Position numbers and translations under genes: made by a program. DNA of 61,795 bases from the IMG/VR virus record IMGVR_UViG_3300018481_000005, positions 1 through 61,795 of that record, one strand, 5' to 3'. Positions 1 to 9,663 of the stretch are shown here, in pieces. Positions within the stretch are counted from its first letter, which is position 1, and each line of letters begins with the position of its first letter. Source of the stretch: a virus. Lineage: Duplodnaviria > Caudoviricetes. The notes below the pieces were generated by a model, which searched no databases, was not told where the DNA came from, and was given only the letters and a program-made list of their open reading frames with translations.

Positions 1-123
1 CAACCCTCCGCTCTTGCAGTCAGCGAACGCGCACGTCAAGGTGGCACGTCTTGCCGTCGCACTTGCGGCATGCACCTTCAGCACGGATCGCGCAGGGAGG
101 AAGCTGTTGGTCACACAAGCGCA
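1..123. repeat. Terminal direct repeat, left copy (circular assembly overlap)
   Basis: Bases 1-123 are identical to 61673-61795 and lie inside a reading frame that continues across the junction. Confidence 0.95.
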
Positions 124-478
124 CGTCAGCGGAGCGCTCAAGTTCCTCGACGGCATCTACAGTCGTGACACGTTCGGATACCGCCGACGGAGCGAACAGC
201 AACTAGAGACGACGCATCGTGCGATGCAGAACATGAATGACGCGAAGGGCTGGCTCGACAGCAACGAGGACCTCCTCATGTTCCTGTTGTCGGTTGAGTC
301 CGGAGCGTTCCGACGCGAGATGGTCGAGCAGATCCTGAACCGCAGTCGTGAGGAGAGCAATGGCATCACCAACACCTTGTTCTCCCTCGGTCTTGTCAGC
401 CCGAACGGACAGTCACTCAAGATGACTCCGACGCTGCACAAGCTGCTCCGTGAGATTCAGGAAGAGAGGATGGGATGA
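2..478 (+). CDS. C-terminal part of the primase-MCM helicase fusion (continues from 59376 across the junction)
   Basis: Frame is continuous with the ORF opening at 59376 (position 14 corresponds to 61686, same frame); reads ...YVDNPPLLQSANAHVKVARLA... Confidence 0.9.
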   Translation, partial: NPPLLQSANAHVKVARLAVALAACTFSTDRAGRKLLVTQAHVSGALKFLDGIYSRDTFGYRRRSEQQLETTHRAMQNMNDAKGWLDSNEDLLMFLLSVESGAFRREMVEQILNRSREESNGITNTLFSLGLVSPNGQSLKMTPTLHKLLREIQEERMG

Positions 479-723
479 GGGACCCAGACGCAACCGATGA
501 AGAGAAAGCGATGGACGAAGAGTTCGACGCCGCAGTAGCCAAAGCCTTCAAGGATGAAGGTCTGATGGTGACACAGTTCGCCATCGTGGTAGAGGTTGCT
601 GATGGTGATGGCGGTACTCACCTAGTCTTCCATGAGAGCGAGAGCATGTCACCGCACCTGCGTTCCGGCATGTTGCAATCCGCTCAGGTGGACTGGCCGA
701 ATGGAGATGAAGACGATGAATAA
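475..723 (+). CDS. Hypothetical acidic protein
   Basis: ATGA overlap with upstream stop, GAGAGGA RBS, 82 aa. Confidence 0.7.
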   Translation: MRDPDATDEEKAMDEEFDAAVAKAFKDEGLMVTQFAIVVEVADGDGGTHLVFHESESMSPHLRSGMLQSAQVDWPNGDEDDE

Positions 724-1552
724 GCCGTTGACAGCGGTGCTGGGATGCGGTCCGTCAGGTCTGCTCGCTGCACATGCTCTGGAGATGCGGAGCGTTCCGT
801 TCGTCATCCTGTCGAAGAAGCAGAAGTCTGTCCTCGGCGGTGCGCAGTACAGTCACATCCCGATCCCCGGCTATCACGACACGGATGACAGTGAAGTGAA
901 GCTGACGTACGAGGTGATCGGGTCGCCAGAGGTGTACAAGGAGAAGGTCTACGGAAACGCTCCTGTGCCGTTCGTAAGCATGACGCACAGGCGGGACGGG
1001 GAGATTGTGCCTGCCTGGTCCCTTACGTCGCTGTACGATCAGCTCTGGGACACGTACGTGGACCGTATCGTCGACGTGCCGCTGTCACCGGAGCGCGTGT
1101 GGCGCCTACTGGAAGGCTTCGACCTCGTGCTGTCCTCCGTGCCATTGACGAGGCTGTGCAAGGCGACCGTCGATCCCGACGTGCAGCACTGGTTCAAGTC
1201 ACAGCCCGTCCGCATCTACAACGAGGCGGTCGATCCGTCGCTTCCCGACAACACGATTCGATACGACGGGACGGAAGAGCACAGCTACTATCGGATGAGT
1301 CGCATCTTCGGTGTGGGCTCGACGGAGTGGGGCGGCACAGGTGCGGTCCCTCCGCTTCCTGACCTGATCAGTGTCAGCAAGCCGATCGGCACCAACTGCG
1401 ACTGCTTCGAGTCAAGCATCGAAGGTGATGACGTGCCGTATGGCCTCGTCAAGATCGGTCGCTTCGGTACATGGAAGAAGGGTCAACTCACGTTCCATGC
1501 GTACAACCGCGTCATCGATGTGTTGGCGCTGCGCTTCGGAGTCGGCGTATGA
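716..1552 (+). CDS. FAD/NAD-binding oxidoreductase, UDP-galactopyranose-mutase-like fold
   Basis: N-terminal AVLGCGPSGLLAA (GxGxxG) and C-terminal IGRFGTW flavin-binding motif; start MNKPL at 716 after GGAG. Confidence 0.8.
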   Translation: MNKPLTAVLGCGPSGLLAAHALEMRSVPFVILSKKQKSVLGGAQYSHIPIPGYHDTDDSEVKLTYEVIGSPEVYKEKVYGNAPVPFVSMTHRRDGEIVPAWSLTSLYDQLWDTYVDRIVDVPLSPERVWRLLEGFDLVLSSVPLTRLCKATVDPDVQHWFKSQPVRIYNEAVDPSLPDNTIRYDGTEEHSYYRMSRIFGVGSTEWGGTGAVPPLPDLISVSKPIGTNCDCFESSIEGDDVPYGLVKIGRFGTWKKGQLTFHAYNRVIDVLALRFGVGV

Positions 1553-2184
1553 TCTGCACAGAGTGCGGTCGTCATCTGAAGCCTGTCGTCGCCGTTGACA
1601 TCGACGGAACGCTCGGCAACTACCATGAGCACTTCACGGTCTTCGCGGAGATCTACCTGAACGAAGCACTGCCGCATGACTACGACGGTGGTCAGGAGTT
1701 CAGCGAGTATCTCGGTCTTGACAAGCGAGTCTATCGCGACATCAAGCTCGCGTATCGTCAGGGTGGCATGAAGCGATCGATGCCGATGTACGACGGAGCC
1801 GACAAGTTCATGCAGTGGATGCATGACGAAGGCATCGAGCTATGGATCGCGACGACGCGTCCTTGGCAACGGCTTGACAACGTTGATCCCGACACGAGAG
1901 AGTGGCTGCGTCGTTGCGGCATCCCATACGACTTCATGATCTACGGCGATGACAAGTACGATCAGCTCTACCTGCTCGTTGATCGCCATCGCATCCTGAC
2001 CGTCATCGACGACCAGCCGGAAGCGTGTCAACAGGCGGCGACACTTGGACTGAACGCTCGTCAGCCCATCCGTCCTCACAACGAGGGCGACAAGTACCTG
2101 CTTCGGTTCAAGTCGTTCAACGCGATGACGCAGGAGATCGGCTTCATGAAGCGAGACTGGGAGGAGAAGCATGGAGCGAGATGA
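1549..2184 (+). CDS. HAD-family phosphatase, 5'(3')-deoxyribonucleotidase-like
   Basis: Motif I VDIDGTL, motif II ATTR, motif IV IDD; ATGA overlap with previous gene. Confidence 0.85.
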   Translation: MICTECGRHLKPVVAVDIDGTLGNYHEHFTVFAEIYLNEALPHDYDGGQEFSEYLGLDKRVYRDIKLAYRQGGMKRSMPMYDGADKFMQWMHDEGIELWIATTRPWQRLDNVDPDTREWLRRCGIPYDFMIYGDDKYDQLYLLVDRHRILTVIDDQPEACQQAATLGLNARQPIRPHNEGDKYLLRFKSFNAMTQEIGFMKRDWEEKHGAR

Positions 2185-2653
2185 GTACTTGGATGAGCTA
2201 GGTGCGTTCAGTCGGTCGATCACTGACACGTGTCCCGACAGTCTGTTCGTCACCGTCATCGCACGTCACTGGCTGCAAGACGTAGCACCTGCACGCGCCA
2301 GGGACTACGGCATGGAGTTCTGGCAGCGGTTCGGCGCGGTCGGTGTCTTCTACCAGTTGCTCAACTGCTGGTATCGTTGGCGTCACACGATGACGAAGCG
2401 TGACACCATCGTTGACACGTTCGGATACGCGGTGCTGTTCGCCTTGTCGCTCGAGCAGCATGCGTCCGACATCAACTGGCGGTCCGTGTGGTTGCCTGCG
2501 ACACAGCCGGAGATCGTTGAGTGGCAGGAGTACATGATCATGGAGGTCCTCGACGTCGGCATGCAGTACGAACCGCAACCGTCGCACGCTTGGATCGCTC
2601 TGCGCATCGCATACGCGCAGTGGATGCACGCGAAGGAGTTGGCATGGACGTAG
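2171..2653 (+). CDS. Nmad1/DUF1599-like all-alpha (MazG-fold) nucleotide-modification-associated protein, divergent
   Basis: RDYG...FGAVG...RW...RDTIVDTFGYAVL resembles the DYG...G...RL...DTLxDLxxYA pattern of this family. Confidence 0.55.
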   Translation: MERDEYLDELGAFSRSITDTCPDSLFVTVIARHWLQDVAPARARDYGMEFWQRFGAVGVFYQLLNCWYRWRHTMTKRDTIVDTFGYAVLFALSLEQHASDINWRSVWLPATQPEIVEWQEYMIMEVLDVGMQYEPQPSHAWIALRIAYAQWMHAKELAWT

Positions 2654-3327
2654 TCAAGACATGGGTCATGGGCGGTTCACCGAACAGCATCGGAGCAGCG
2701 ATCGCGGAGGCGGTCGTCAGTGAAGGTGTTGATCACCTTGTCTTCGCGACGACGAAGGAAGAGCTCGACTGCCGCAACTGGTCGGACATGGCAGACTGGG
2801 TGAAGGAGTACGGTCCGTTCGATCGGGCTGTGTTCGCCGCAGGTGTTAGTCATCTGTCGTACATCGATCTTGAAGAGCAGGACATGGTCCGTGACGTGTT
2901 CAACGTCAACGTCAACGGCTTCATCGGCATGCTGCAAGCGTTGACCAGCGTTCAGGACTACGGCAACATCCTCGCCATAGTGTCCGACGCGTCACGTACA
3001 CCGATGCGCACGTCGTGGGCCTACTGCGCGAGCAAGGCGGCTCTCGAGATGGCTGTGCGGTGCGCAGCGCGTGAGCTAGCACCGTGGCGCATCAACGGTC
3101 TGTCACCAAGCACGGTTGAAGGCACCGACATGACACGCCACAACGACTTCGTCATCCCGCTGAAACGAGGATGGTCCCCGAGGGAAGCGAGGCAGTACGA
3201 GATGTCGATGGTCCCCATGAAGCGTCGTGTGACGCGGGAGGAGGTTGCACAAGCAGCGATCGACATCCTGAACGGACCGGAGTTCATGTCGGGCAACATC
3301 ACGTTCCTCACAGGAGGGAAGTCATGA
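2644..3327 (+). CDS. Short-chain dehydrogenase/reductase (SDR)
   Basis: MGGSPNSIG cofactor loop, AAG motif, catalytic Ser (IVSD) and YCASK (YxxxK). Confidence 0.9.
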   Translation: MDVVKTWVMGGSPNSIGAAIAEAVVSEGVDHLVFATTKEELDCRNWSDMADWVKEYGPFDRAVFAAGVSHLSYIDLEEQDMVRDVFNVNVNGFIGMLQALTSVQDYGNILAIVSDASRTPMRTSWAYCASKAALEMAVRCAARELAPWRINGLSPSTVEGTDMTRHNDFVIPLKRGWSPREARQYEMSMVPMKRRVTREEVAQAAIDILNGPEFMSGNITFLTGGKS

Positions 3328-3809
3328 TCGAGCAGTTGAAAGCGCATCAGGTGGCGATGTACGTGGAGAACGTGTTCTCCGCTGTTGACTCGATGGTCTC
3401 GCTCGGGTTCGACGAATGGATGTGGGACGAGGCGTTGCTCGTCGGCGAAGTGTACGGACGTCCGATGGAGACGAAGGCGACCATGGCGTTCAACTACCAG
3501 TTCGGTCCGAACGAGCTTGAGTTCCTGCGGTACTGGGGTCCGTCATGGCACACCGACGCAGGTCGCACCAGTGAAGCAGGTACACCGACGCATCCGTTCC
3601 TGTCACACCTGTCTATCAAGTGCGAGGACCTGGATGACGCAGCGCATGACATGAACCTTGAGCGCTTCGACGTCGTGCAGTGGTTCAAGACGCAGGATCA
3701 CAAGAACCCGCTGCTCCTCGAGCGGAAGCAGTCGTTCAACGAACGGGTCTACGGAACGCGGCACCTGTTCGGTTTCGACATCAAGCTGATCACGAGGGTA
3801 ATCGGATGA
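3324..3809 (+). CDS. VOC/glyoxalase-fold protein (methylmalonyl-CoA-epimerase-like)
   Basis: HQVAMYV...ELEFL...SHLSI pattern of paired VOC beta-alpha-beta units; GGAGGG RBS and ATGA overlap. Confidence 0.7.
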   Translation: MIEQLKAHQVAMYVENVFSAVDSMVSLGFDEWMWDEALLVGEVYGRPMETKATMAFNYQFGPNELEFLRYWGPSWHTDAGRTSEAGTPTHPFLSHLSIKCEDLDDAAHDMNLERFDVVQWFKTQDHKNPLLLERKQSFNERVYGTRHLFGFDIKLITRVIG

Positions 3810-4021
3810 CACTCAAGATCGGGAAGGCAGTCATCTGGTACTGCACCATCGACGAACGCGGATGCGGCTTCTTCGGTTTCTACAAGCCGGAGTCAACGAT
3901 CACGCGACGGAAGTGTCCAGCTTGCGGTTTGTTCAGTCCGTACCGCATGATTGAGGGCGAGCTTGCAGAGTTCAGCATCACGGAAGCTCCCACGGTGTCA
4001 CAGGAGGGAGGTCACGAGTGA
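3806..4021 (+). CDS. Small Cys-containing (zinc-ribbon-like) protein
   Basis: C-x6-C...CPAC; overlaps both neighbours by 4 nt. Confidence 0.55.
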   Translation: MTLKIGKAVIWYCTIDERGCGFFGFYKPESTITRRKCPACGLFSPYRMIEGELAEFSITEAPTVSQEGGHE

Positions 4022-7000
4022 AGTTCGTATCGCTGCACCACCATTCGACGTACAGCTTCTTGGATGGATACGGTCATCCGTCGGAACACGTGCAGCGAGC
4101 GGTCGATCTTGACATGCGCGCTCTCGCCCTGACGGAGCATGGGAACGTGAGCAGCCATCCGAAGCTTGAGCGAGCCGCGACGGAAGCGGGGATCAAGCCC
4201 ATCTTCGGATGCGAGTTGTACTGCGGTGCGCCAGGGATGCAGCGGAAGAACCACCTGTCGGTCTGGGCGCAAGATGAGGAGGGATATCGCAACCTGCTTC
4301 GGATGCTCACCATCGCATGGACGAAGGAGGAAGACGGTGGCGGGTTCTACTACCAACCGACGGTACATGGGAACGTTCTGTCAGATCATAGTGACGGACT
4401 CATTGTCGCTTCCGGCTGCACAGGCAGTCTTCTCGCTACTAGCCTCATCGGAGGGAAGAACATCGAGCCTGAGGATGCGTCGTACGATCGTGGTCTTCGT
4501 GTCGCCTCTCGGTTCAGGTCTCTGCTTGGTGACAGGTATTATCTCGAGACACAAGCCTTTCCAGAACTCACCGACGCAACGTGCAAGATCAATCCGCTTC
4601 TGGCACGCATCAGTCGGAAGCTGAAGATCCCTCTCGTCGCGACACAGGACGTCCACTACTGCATGCCTGATCACAACGAGATGCAGGTGATCCTCCATGC
4701 TGTGCGACCCGGACAGAACCTGTCGTACGAGGAGCAAGCACGTTCATGGGGATACGATGTGCTGCTCTGCCATCCGCAGTCTGACGCGGAGGTTGTCAAG
4801 AAGCTTGTCGGCACAGGTCTGACACCTGCACAGGCGCAGGAGGCTGTGGAGAACACAGGCGTCATAGCGGATCGCACAGCGCTCACACTGCCGAAAGCGG
4901 CACCGCTGCACTTCCCGCTCCCGCGAGGCGTAGCGACCACTAGGATCCTGTGGATGGACCTCCTGCGTGAGGGCTGGCGGTACAGGCGCATCAGCGACAA
5001 GGAACGTGTCGACGAGTACGCAGCACGGCTCAAGTACGAAGTGGAGATGATCGAGTCGAAAGACTTCATCGACTACTTCCTGATCGTGTCAGACATGGTG
5101 CGATGGGCGAAGGATCACGGCATCTTCGTCGGACCTGCACGGGGAAGCGCAGCCGGAAGCCTCGTGTGCTACCTGCTCCGCATCACGGAGGTCGACCCGA
5201 TGCTGTTCCGCGACCTGATCTTCGAACGCTTCATCGACACGACGCGCATGGACCTACCTGATATCGATCTTGACTACGACGACAGGCGACGACACGAGGT
5301 CTTCGAGTACCTGTCCGACAAGTACGGTCACGAGTATGTCTCCATGCTCGGAACGTTCGGGACGTACAAGCCGAAGCTCGCGCTTGACGATGTCGCACGT
5401 GTGTTCCGCGTGCCGCAATGGGAAGTCAACAGCGTCAAGGACCTGCTCCTGGAGCGGTCGTCCGGTGACCTGCGTGCATCCGCAGGCATCGAGGACACCG
5501 TCGCAACGTTCGACGAGGCGAAGAAGGTGTTCGACGAGCATCCCGATCTGTACAAGTCCATGAAGCTTGAAGGCATGGTGAAGGGGATGGGTCGTCACGC
5601 GGCAGGAGTGCTCGTGTCATCAACGCCGCTGACGGAGACGTGCGCGGTGTATGGCGAGACGGTTAGCATCGACAAGCATGACGCGGAGTATCTGAACCTC
5701 TTGAAGATCGACAATCTCGGTCTGAGCAACTGCGGGATGCTTGACGAAGCGGCACAGCTACTCGGAGCCGACATCAACCTGTTCTACGAGCTACCACTTG
5801 ACGACCCTGCGACGCTGCAAGGTTTCAAGGACGATGACCTGACAGGCATCTTTCAGTTCGACGGACGTGCGATGCGCATCGTGAATCGCAACCTGAAGCC
5901 CGACAACTTCTACGAGGTCTGCACCGTCAACGCTCTCGCACGTCCGGGACCGCTTCACAACAACTCCATGATCCACTACGTCGAAGTCAAGCATGGTGAG
6001 CGACAGCCCGAAGCGGTGCATCCGTTGTTCGATGACATCGTCAAGGACACGCAGTGGCAGGTCGTGTATCAGGAGCAGATCCTGCGCATCGTCCGTGAGA
6101 TCGGCAACTTCGACTGGACTGCGGCTGCATCCATCCGCAAGATCATGTCGAAGAAGCAGGGAGAGCAAGCGTTCAACCGCGAGTGGGAGCGCTTCTGGAA
6201 AGGTGCGAAGGAGAACGGGTTCACGGAGGACCAAGCGAAGAACATCTGGGGACTGTGCATCACGGCAGGAGCGTACGCCTTCAACGCTGCACACTCCGTC
6301 AGCTATGGCATGCTCGGATGGTGGACGATGTGGTTGAAGCAGCACCATCCCCTGGTCTTCTACGTGTCCGCCTTGCGACGCCTGCCTGACAACACGAGCA
6401 GCGGTAGCAAGGCGTCCAAGCATCACATGCTGATGCGTGACGCGGCTCGGCACGGCATCAAGGTGCAGCCGCCTGACATCGAACGAAGCGAGGTGACGTG
6501 GACGTCGGTCGGTGACGACACGTTGCTCGCAGGCTTCGAGCAGATCCCTGGCGTCGGTAGTGTGATGGCGCAGAAGATCGTTGACTACCGTGATGACGTC
6601 GGATTGCAAGAGTGGGAAGATCTCATCAACGTCAAGGGCATCGGGAACAAGACCATCGCGAAGTACCTGGAGTGGGTGTACGCCGAAGATCCGCTGCAGA
6701 TCTACACGCTTGACCGTCAGCTCGAGAAGATCAAGAAGGAGATCGAGAAAGGCAAGCTGCGCGGCAGGAACGGCACGCTTCCGACACCGACGCACACCGT
6801 CGAAACGTTCCCTGACGGCAAGGGCAAGGACATCAGCATCGTGTGGATGGGAAGCATCGTCAACCGAAACCTCCGCGATCTCTACGAGGTGAACTTCAGC
6901 CGCACAGGTGTAGAGCTTGATCCTGAGACGGTGAAGGACCCGAACTTGCGTGAGTGGGTGCTGCTACACGGCACCGACGGCGACGACATCCTGACGATCA

Positions 7001-7146
7001 CGATCGATCGTTGGAAGTACCCGCGATTCAAGGAGGTGGTGTGGAGACTGAATCTCGCCAAGGACATCGTGTTGATACGCGGTGTCAAGAAGGGACACAT
7101 GGCTCAGAAACAGCTTTACGTGTCGGAGATGTGGGTCCTCGAATGA
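4018..7146 (+). CDS. dnaE: DNA polymerase III alpha subunit (family C)
   Basis: PHP motif HHHSTYSFLDG and LTEHG, GPARGSAAGS, catalytic PDIDLD, GRHAAG, GIFQF, YQEQI, YAFNAAHS; 1042 aa, no intein seen. Confidence 0.97.
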   Translation: MKFVSLHHHSTYSFLDGYGHPSEHVQRAVDLDMRALALTEHGNVSSHPKLERAATEAGIKPIFGCELYCGAPGMQRKNHLSVWAQDEEGYRNLLRMLTIAWTKEEDGGGFYYQPTVHGNVLSDHSDGLIVASGCTGSLLATSLIGGKNIEPEDASYDRGLRVASRFRSLLGDRYYLETQAFPELTDATCKINPLLARISRKLKIPLVATQDVHYCMPDHNEMQVILHAVRPGQNLSYEEQARSWGYDVLLCHPQSDAEVVKKLVGTGLTPAQAQEAVENTGVIADRTALTLPKAAPLHFPLPRGVATTRILWMDLLREGWRYRRISDKERVDEYAARLKYEVEMIESKDFIDYFLIVSDMVRWAKDHGIFVGPARGSAAGSLVCYLLRITEVDPMLFRDLIFERFIDTTRMDLPDIDLDYDDRRRHEVFEYLSDKYGHEYVSMLGTFGTYKPKLALDDVARVFRVPQWEVNSVKDLLLERSSGDLRASAGIEDTVATFDEAKKVFDEHPDLYKSMKLEGMVKGMGRHAAGVLVSSTPLTETCAVYGETVSIDKHDAEYLNLLKIDNLGLSNCGMLDEAAQLLGADINLFYELPLDDPATLQGFKDDDLTGIFQFDGRAMRIVNRNLKPDNFYEVCTVNALARPGPLHNNSMIHYVEVKHGERQPEAVHPLFDDIVKDTQWQVVYQEQILRIVREIGNFDWTAAASIRKIMSKKQGEQAFNREWERFWKGAKENGFTEDQAKNIWGLCITAGAYAFNAAHSVSYGMLGWWTMWLKQHHPLVFYVSALRRLPDNTSSGSKASKHHMLMRDAARHGIKVQPPDIERSEVTWTSVGDDTLLAGFEQIPGVGSVMAQKIVDYRDDVGLQEWEDLINVKGIGNKTIAKYLEWVYAEDPLQIYTLDRQLEKIKKEIEKGKLRGRNGTLPTPTHTVETFPDGKGKDISIVWMGSIVNRNLRDLYEVNFSRTGVELDPETVKDPNLREWVLLHGTDGDDILTITIDRWKYPRFKEVVWRLNLAKDIVLIRGVKKGHMAQKQLYVSEMWVLE

Positions 7147-7159
7147 AGGAAGGTCTGAC

Positions 7160-7552
7160 ATGAAGAAGACGATCATGGCCGTCATCGCGACGGTGTTGGT
7201 GATGAGTGCGCTGTCCGCAGGTGCGGACCCAGCCGCATTGACGCAGGTGAGTACGGATCGCGTGCTCGGAAGGGGATTGCACCTGACGCACTGCATCCGT
7301 CAGCCCAACAACGCTAGGGAGTGGCGCAGGTTCAGCACGTGTACATCGCGCAACGATGACGCGGTGCAGCAGTGGGGTCATCGCATGGACGTGTGCTTGG
7401 CCATCTACCGCGTCAATGAGCGCAACGATGACGCGTACAGCACGGCAGATCCGTTGGTGCTTCAGACGGCTCCTGGTCTTGCACCAGCAGACCTCGGAGG
7501 ACCAGCCAAGTTCCTGATGCTGTGGAAGCAGACAGCGTTCTGCACCGCCTAG
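7160..7552 (+). CDS. Secreted protein
   Basis: MKKTIMAVIATVLVMSALSA signal peptide, four Cys, AAGGAAGG RBS. Confidence 0.7.
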   Translation: MKKTIMAVIATVLVMSALSAGADPAALTQVSTDRVLGRGLHLTHCIRQPNNAREWRRFSTCTSRNDDAVQQWGHRMDVCLAIYRVNERNDDAYSTADPLVLQTAPGLAPADLGGPAKFLMLWKQTAFCTA

Positions 7553-7567
7553 AGACGGGGAGGTCTC

Positions 7568-8005
7568 ATGAATCGACAGAAGAAGCAAGGCATCGCGTTC
7601 CTCGTGCTTGCCGGAGTGCTGTTCGTTGCGGGTCTGGTGGTGTTGCAGTCCGCGAACGCACAGGCGAAGAACCCTGACTGTCGCGGTCTTGCAGGTGCAG
7701 AGGGATCGCAGCGTCAGGTCAAGCGTACGATCTGGTGCGTCGCGAACAAGCTTCCGCACGTGTCAGCGCATCGTGCCGTGCGCATCGCTGACAGGGAGAC
7801 TGGTCTCGGTCAGGACGAGGTGAACGACGGGAGCGGCACGTGCGGCATCTTCCAGCATCAACCGCATCTGTGGTCCGGCCGCTATCGTGACTTCTACGGA
7901 AGCAAGCGTTGGGGTCCGGGACCGAACAGGTGTCTGCACGACAGGGTCAACATCATCGTGTCACTCACGATGGTCAACCGAGGAGGGTGGGGTCCATGGG
8001 AGTAG
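7568..8005 (+). CDS. Membrane-anchored lytic transglycosylase (SLT/Rpf-like)
   Basis: N-terminal TM helix, catalytic Glu in IADRETG, GIFQ motif, C-terminal GWGPW. Confidence 0.75.
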   Translation: MNRQKKQGIAFLVLAGVLFVAGLVVLQSANAQAKNPDCRGLAGAEGSQRQVKRTIWCVANKLPHVSAHRAVRIADRETGLGQDEVNDGSGTCGIFQHQPHLWSGRYRDFYGSKRWGPGPNRCLHDRVNIIVSLTMVNRGGWGPWE

Positions 8006-8163
8006 ACCTGAGACTGCTCAAACGCAGGAACGGCGATGGACCACCTGTCGATCGCCTGTCATACGGATGGCGAGTGTTCGGAGTGTTGTTCGTAGTGTTC
8101 GCAGGCGCGATGTTCTGGGTCGGCGTGTGGCACACCGTCGCGTGGCTGATCGGAGTGCTGTGA
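7996..8163 (+). CDS. Small membrane protein
   Basis: Hydrophobic C-terminal half; GGAGGG RBS. Confidence 0.55.
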   Translation: MGVDLRLLKRRNGDGPPVDRLSYGWRVFGVLFVVFAGAMFWVGVWHTVAWLIGVL

Positions 8164-8318
8164 TGATGAATACGATCAACTGCTTCAGATCGACGTGTCG
8201 TGCGGTGCTGCTCATCATCCCTGTCGGTGCGTCGCTCAAGTTCGAGGGGACGATGCAGTGCAAGTCGTGCCTCACGACCTACACGACGACCATGCTGACG
8301 GATGTGACGCTGACATGA
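8163..8318 (+). CDS. Small Cys-rich protein
   Basis: C-x4-C...CKSC; TGATG overlap. Confidence 0.5.
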   Translation: MMNTINCFRSTCRAVLLIIPVGASLKFEGTMQCKSCLTTYTTTMLTDVTLT

Positions 8319-8548
8319 GCGACAAGAGAATCACGAAGAGGGACGTAGTGCAGCCCACCGTCTATCTGACGTCACGACTCGTTCGGAAGGCGGAACAGAC
8401 ACGCATCGAGGAGCAGGCGGCGATCGCATGGGACTGGATCCTCGCGCTGCACAAGGAAGACATGAAGCTGGAGGAACTCGGAGCGCTCATGTTCATCTAC
8501 GGCTACATGATGCGCGACTGGATGCATGCGCAGGAGGTGACGTTCTGA
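8315..8548 (+). CDS. Hypothetical protein
   Basis: Tiles with neighbours through ATGA/TGATG overlaps. Confidence 0.6.
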   Translation: MSDKRITKRDVVQPTVYLTSRLVRKAEQTRIEEQAAIAWDWILALHKEDMKLEELGALMFIYGYMMRDWMHAQEVTF

Positions 8549-8730
8549 TGACGCTGTTCTCGTGGACGTGTCTGCCGTGCGGCTTCGTCATCACGTTCGC
8601 CGATCAGGCGACGTACAAGGGGATCACGCAGAAGACCGACAAGGATCTGCCGAACCGCTTGACACCGCTCACACGTTGTCCGTCGTGCGGAGAGCACAAG
8701 TGGTCAGACGGCACGGCGAGGAACGTGTGA
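8548..8730 (+). CDS. Small zinc-ribbon protein
   Basis: CLPC...CPSC; GGAGG RBS. Confidence 0.6.
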   Translation: MTLFSWTCLPCGFVITFADQATYKGITQKTDKDLPNRLTPLTRCPSCGEHKWSDGTARNV

Positions 8731-8915
8731 TGAAGTGGTTCGGCTATCTCCTGTACAGCCGAGGCCAACGACGCGGGCTGATCAGCGTTGACCAGTGTGA
8801 CAAGTGCATGTCGCTCGTCCCTGTCACGGACAGCATGAAGCACAGGGACTGGCACCTGCGGACGGAACGACGCATTCGGGAAGCAACACGTGCCAACGAA
8901 GGGAAGATCGCATGA
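8730..8915 (+). CDS. Hypothetical protein with CxxC...HxxxH
   Basis: CDKC...HRDWH; TGATG overlap. Confidence 0.55.
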   Translation: MKWFGYLLYSRGQRRGLISVDQCDKCMSLVPVTDSMKHRDWHLRTERRIREATRANEGKIA

Positions 8916-9142
8916 AGCTCCCCGTCATCCGTGCATCCAAGATGAGTCGTCAGCGATACAGGGAAGCCGTCAATCGCACTCGGTCCGACACAGCCCACAT
9001 CGGTGCGAACACGGCTGTCGAGGCGCATGATGAGGACACGCACGTTGAGACAGTACACGTCCCTGTCAAGGAGGAGTCAACATGGAGGAAGAGGCTACGG
9101 ACCGCTTGGCGAACGATCGGCGAATCCTTGCGGACACACTGA
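8912..9142 (+). CDS. Hypothetical protein
   Basis: ATGA overlap, but overlaps the next gene by about 60 nt. Confidence 0.45.
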   Translation: MKLPVIRASKMSRQRYREAVNRTRSDTAHIGANTAVEAHDEDTHVETVHVPVKEESTWRKRLRTAWRTIGESLRTH

Positions 9143-9663
9143 CGCAGTTCGCCGACATGCGCTTGACACGTGTGCGTGGACAGATCGGTGCGATGTTGTG
9201 GGCTCGTTCAGGCGACGTGGCCGACTGGACGCCGGAGCAGTGCAACCAAGCGCTCAACCAGTTGTGGGAGATGCTCAAGCACGCGCTGTGGTTCAACGAG
9301 TTGAAGGCTCCTGCGCTGCGCCAGTACCTGCTCGAGTGGGATGCACGATGGGCCGAGACGAAGTTGGAAGGTACGTTTCAACCGTATCGTGAGACCGTAC
9401 GCGACTGGGCTGCAGATCCGAAGAACCTGTTCCCTGCGATTCCTCGTTGGAAGGAGGATCTCGCTGAGAATCCGTGTCTGCTCGACTGGAGCATGCACTG
9501 GTCCGCGATCTGCGGTGCGACGGGCGACAGCTTCCGCTGGGACGACGATCGCAAGGTTGACAAGAGGAGACGACGCGTGATCAGTGGCGGCATTCTGATG
9601 GTCTGTCACTGGGATGAGAGCAGGTACGACAAGGCGAGGACGGGAGTGCAATCGAGGAAATGA
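9082..9663 (+). CDS. Hypothetical Trp-rich protein
   Basis: AAGGAGGAG RBS, 193 aa; lies immediately upstream of inverted-repeat element 1. Confidence 0.7.
   Translation: MEEEATDRLANDRRILADTLTQFADMRLTRVRGQIGAMLWARSGDVADWTPEQCNQALNQLWEMLKHALWFNELKAPALRQYLLEWDARWAETKLEGTFQPYRETVRDWAADPKNLFPAIPRWKEDLAENPCLLDWSMHWSAICGATGDSFRWDDDRKVDKRRRRVISGGILMVCHWDESRYDKARTGVQSRK

Noticed and set aside
14-478. ORF 14-478 as an independent gene
   Set aside because: It is the in-frame tail of the ORF starting at 59376.
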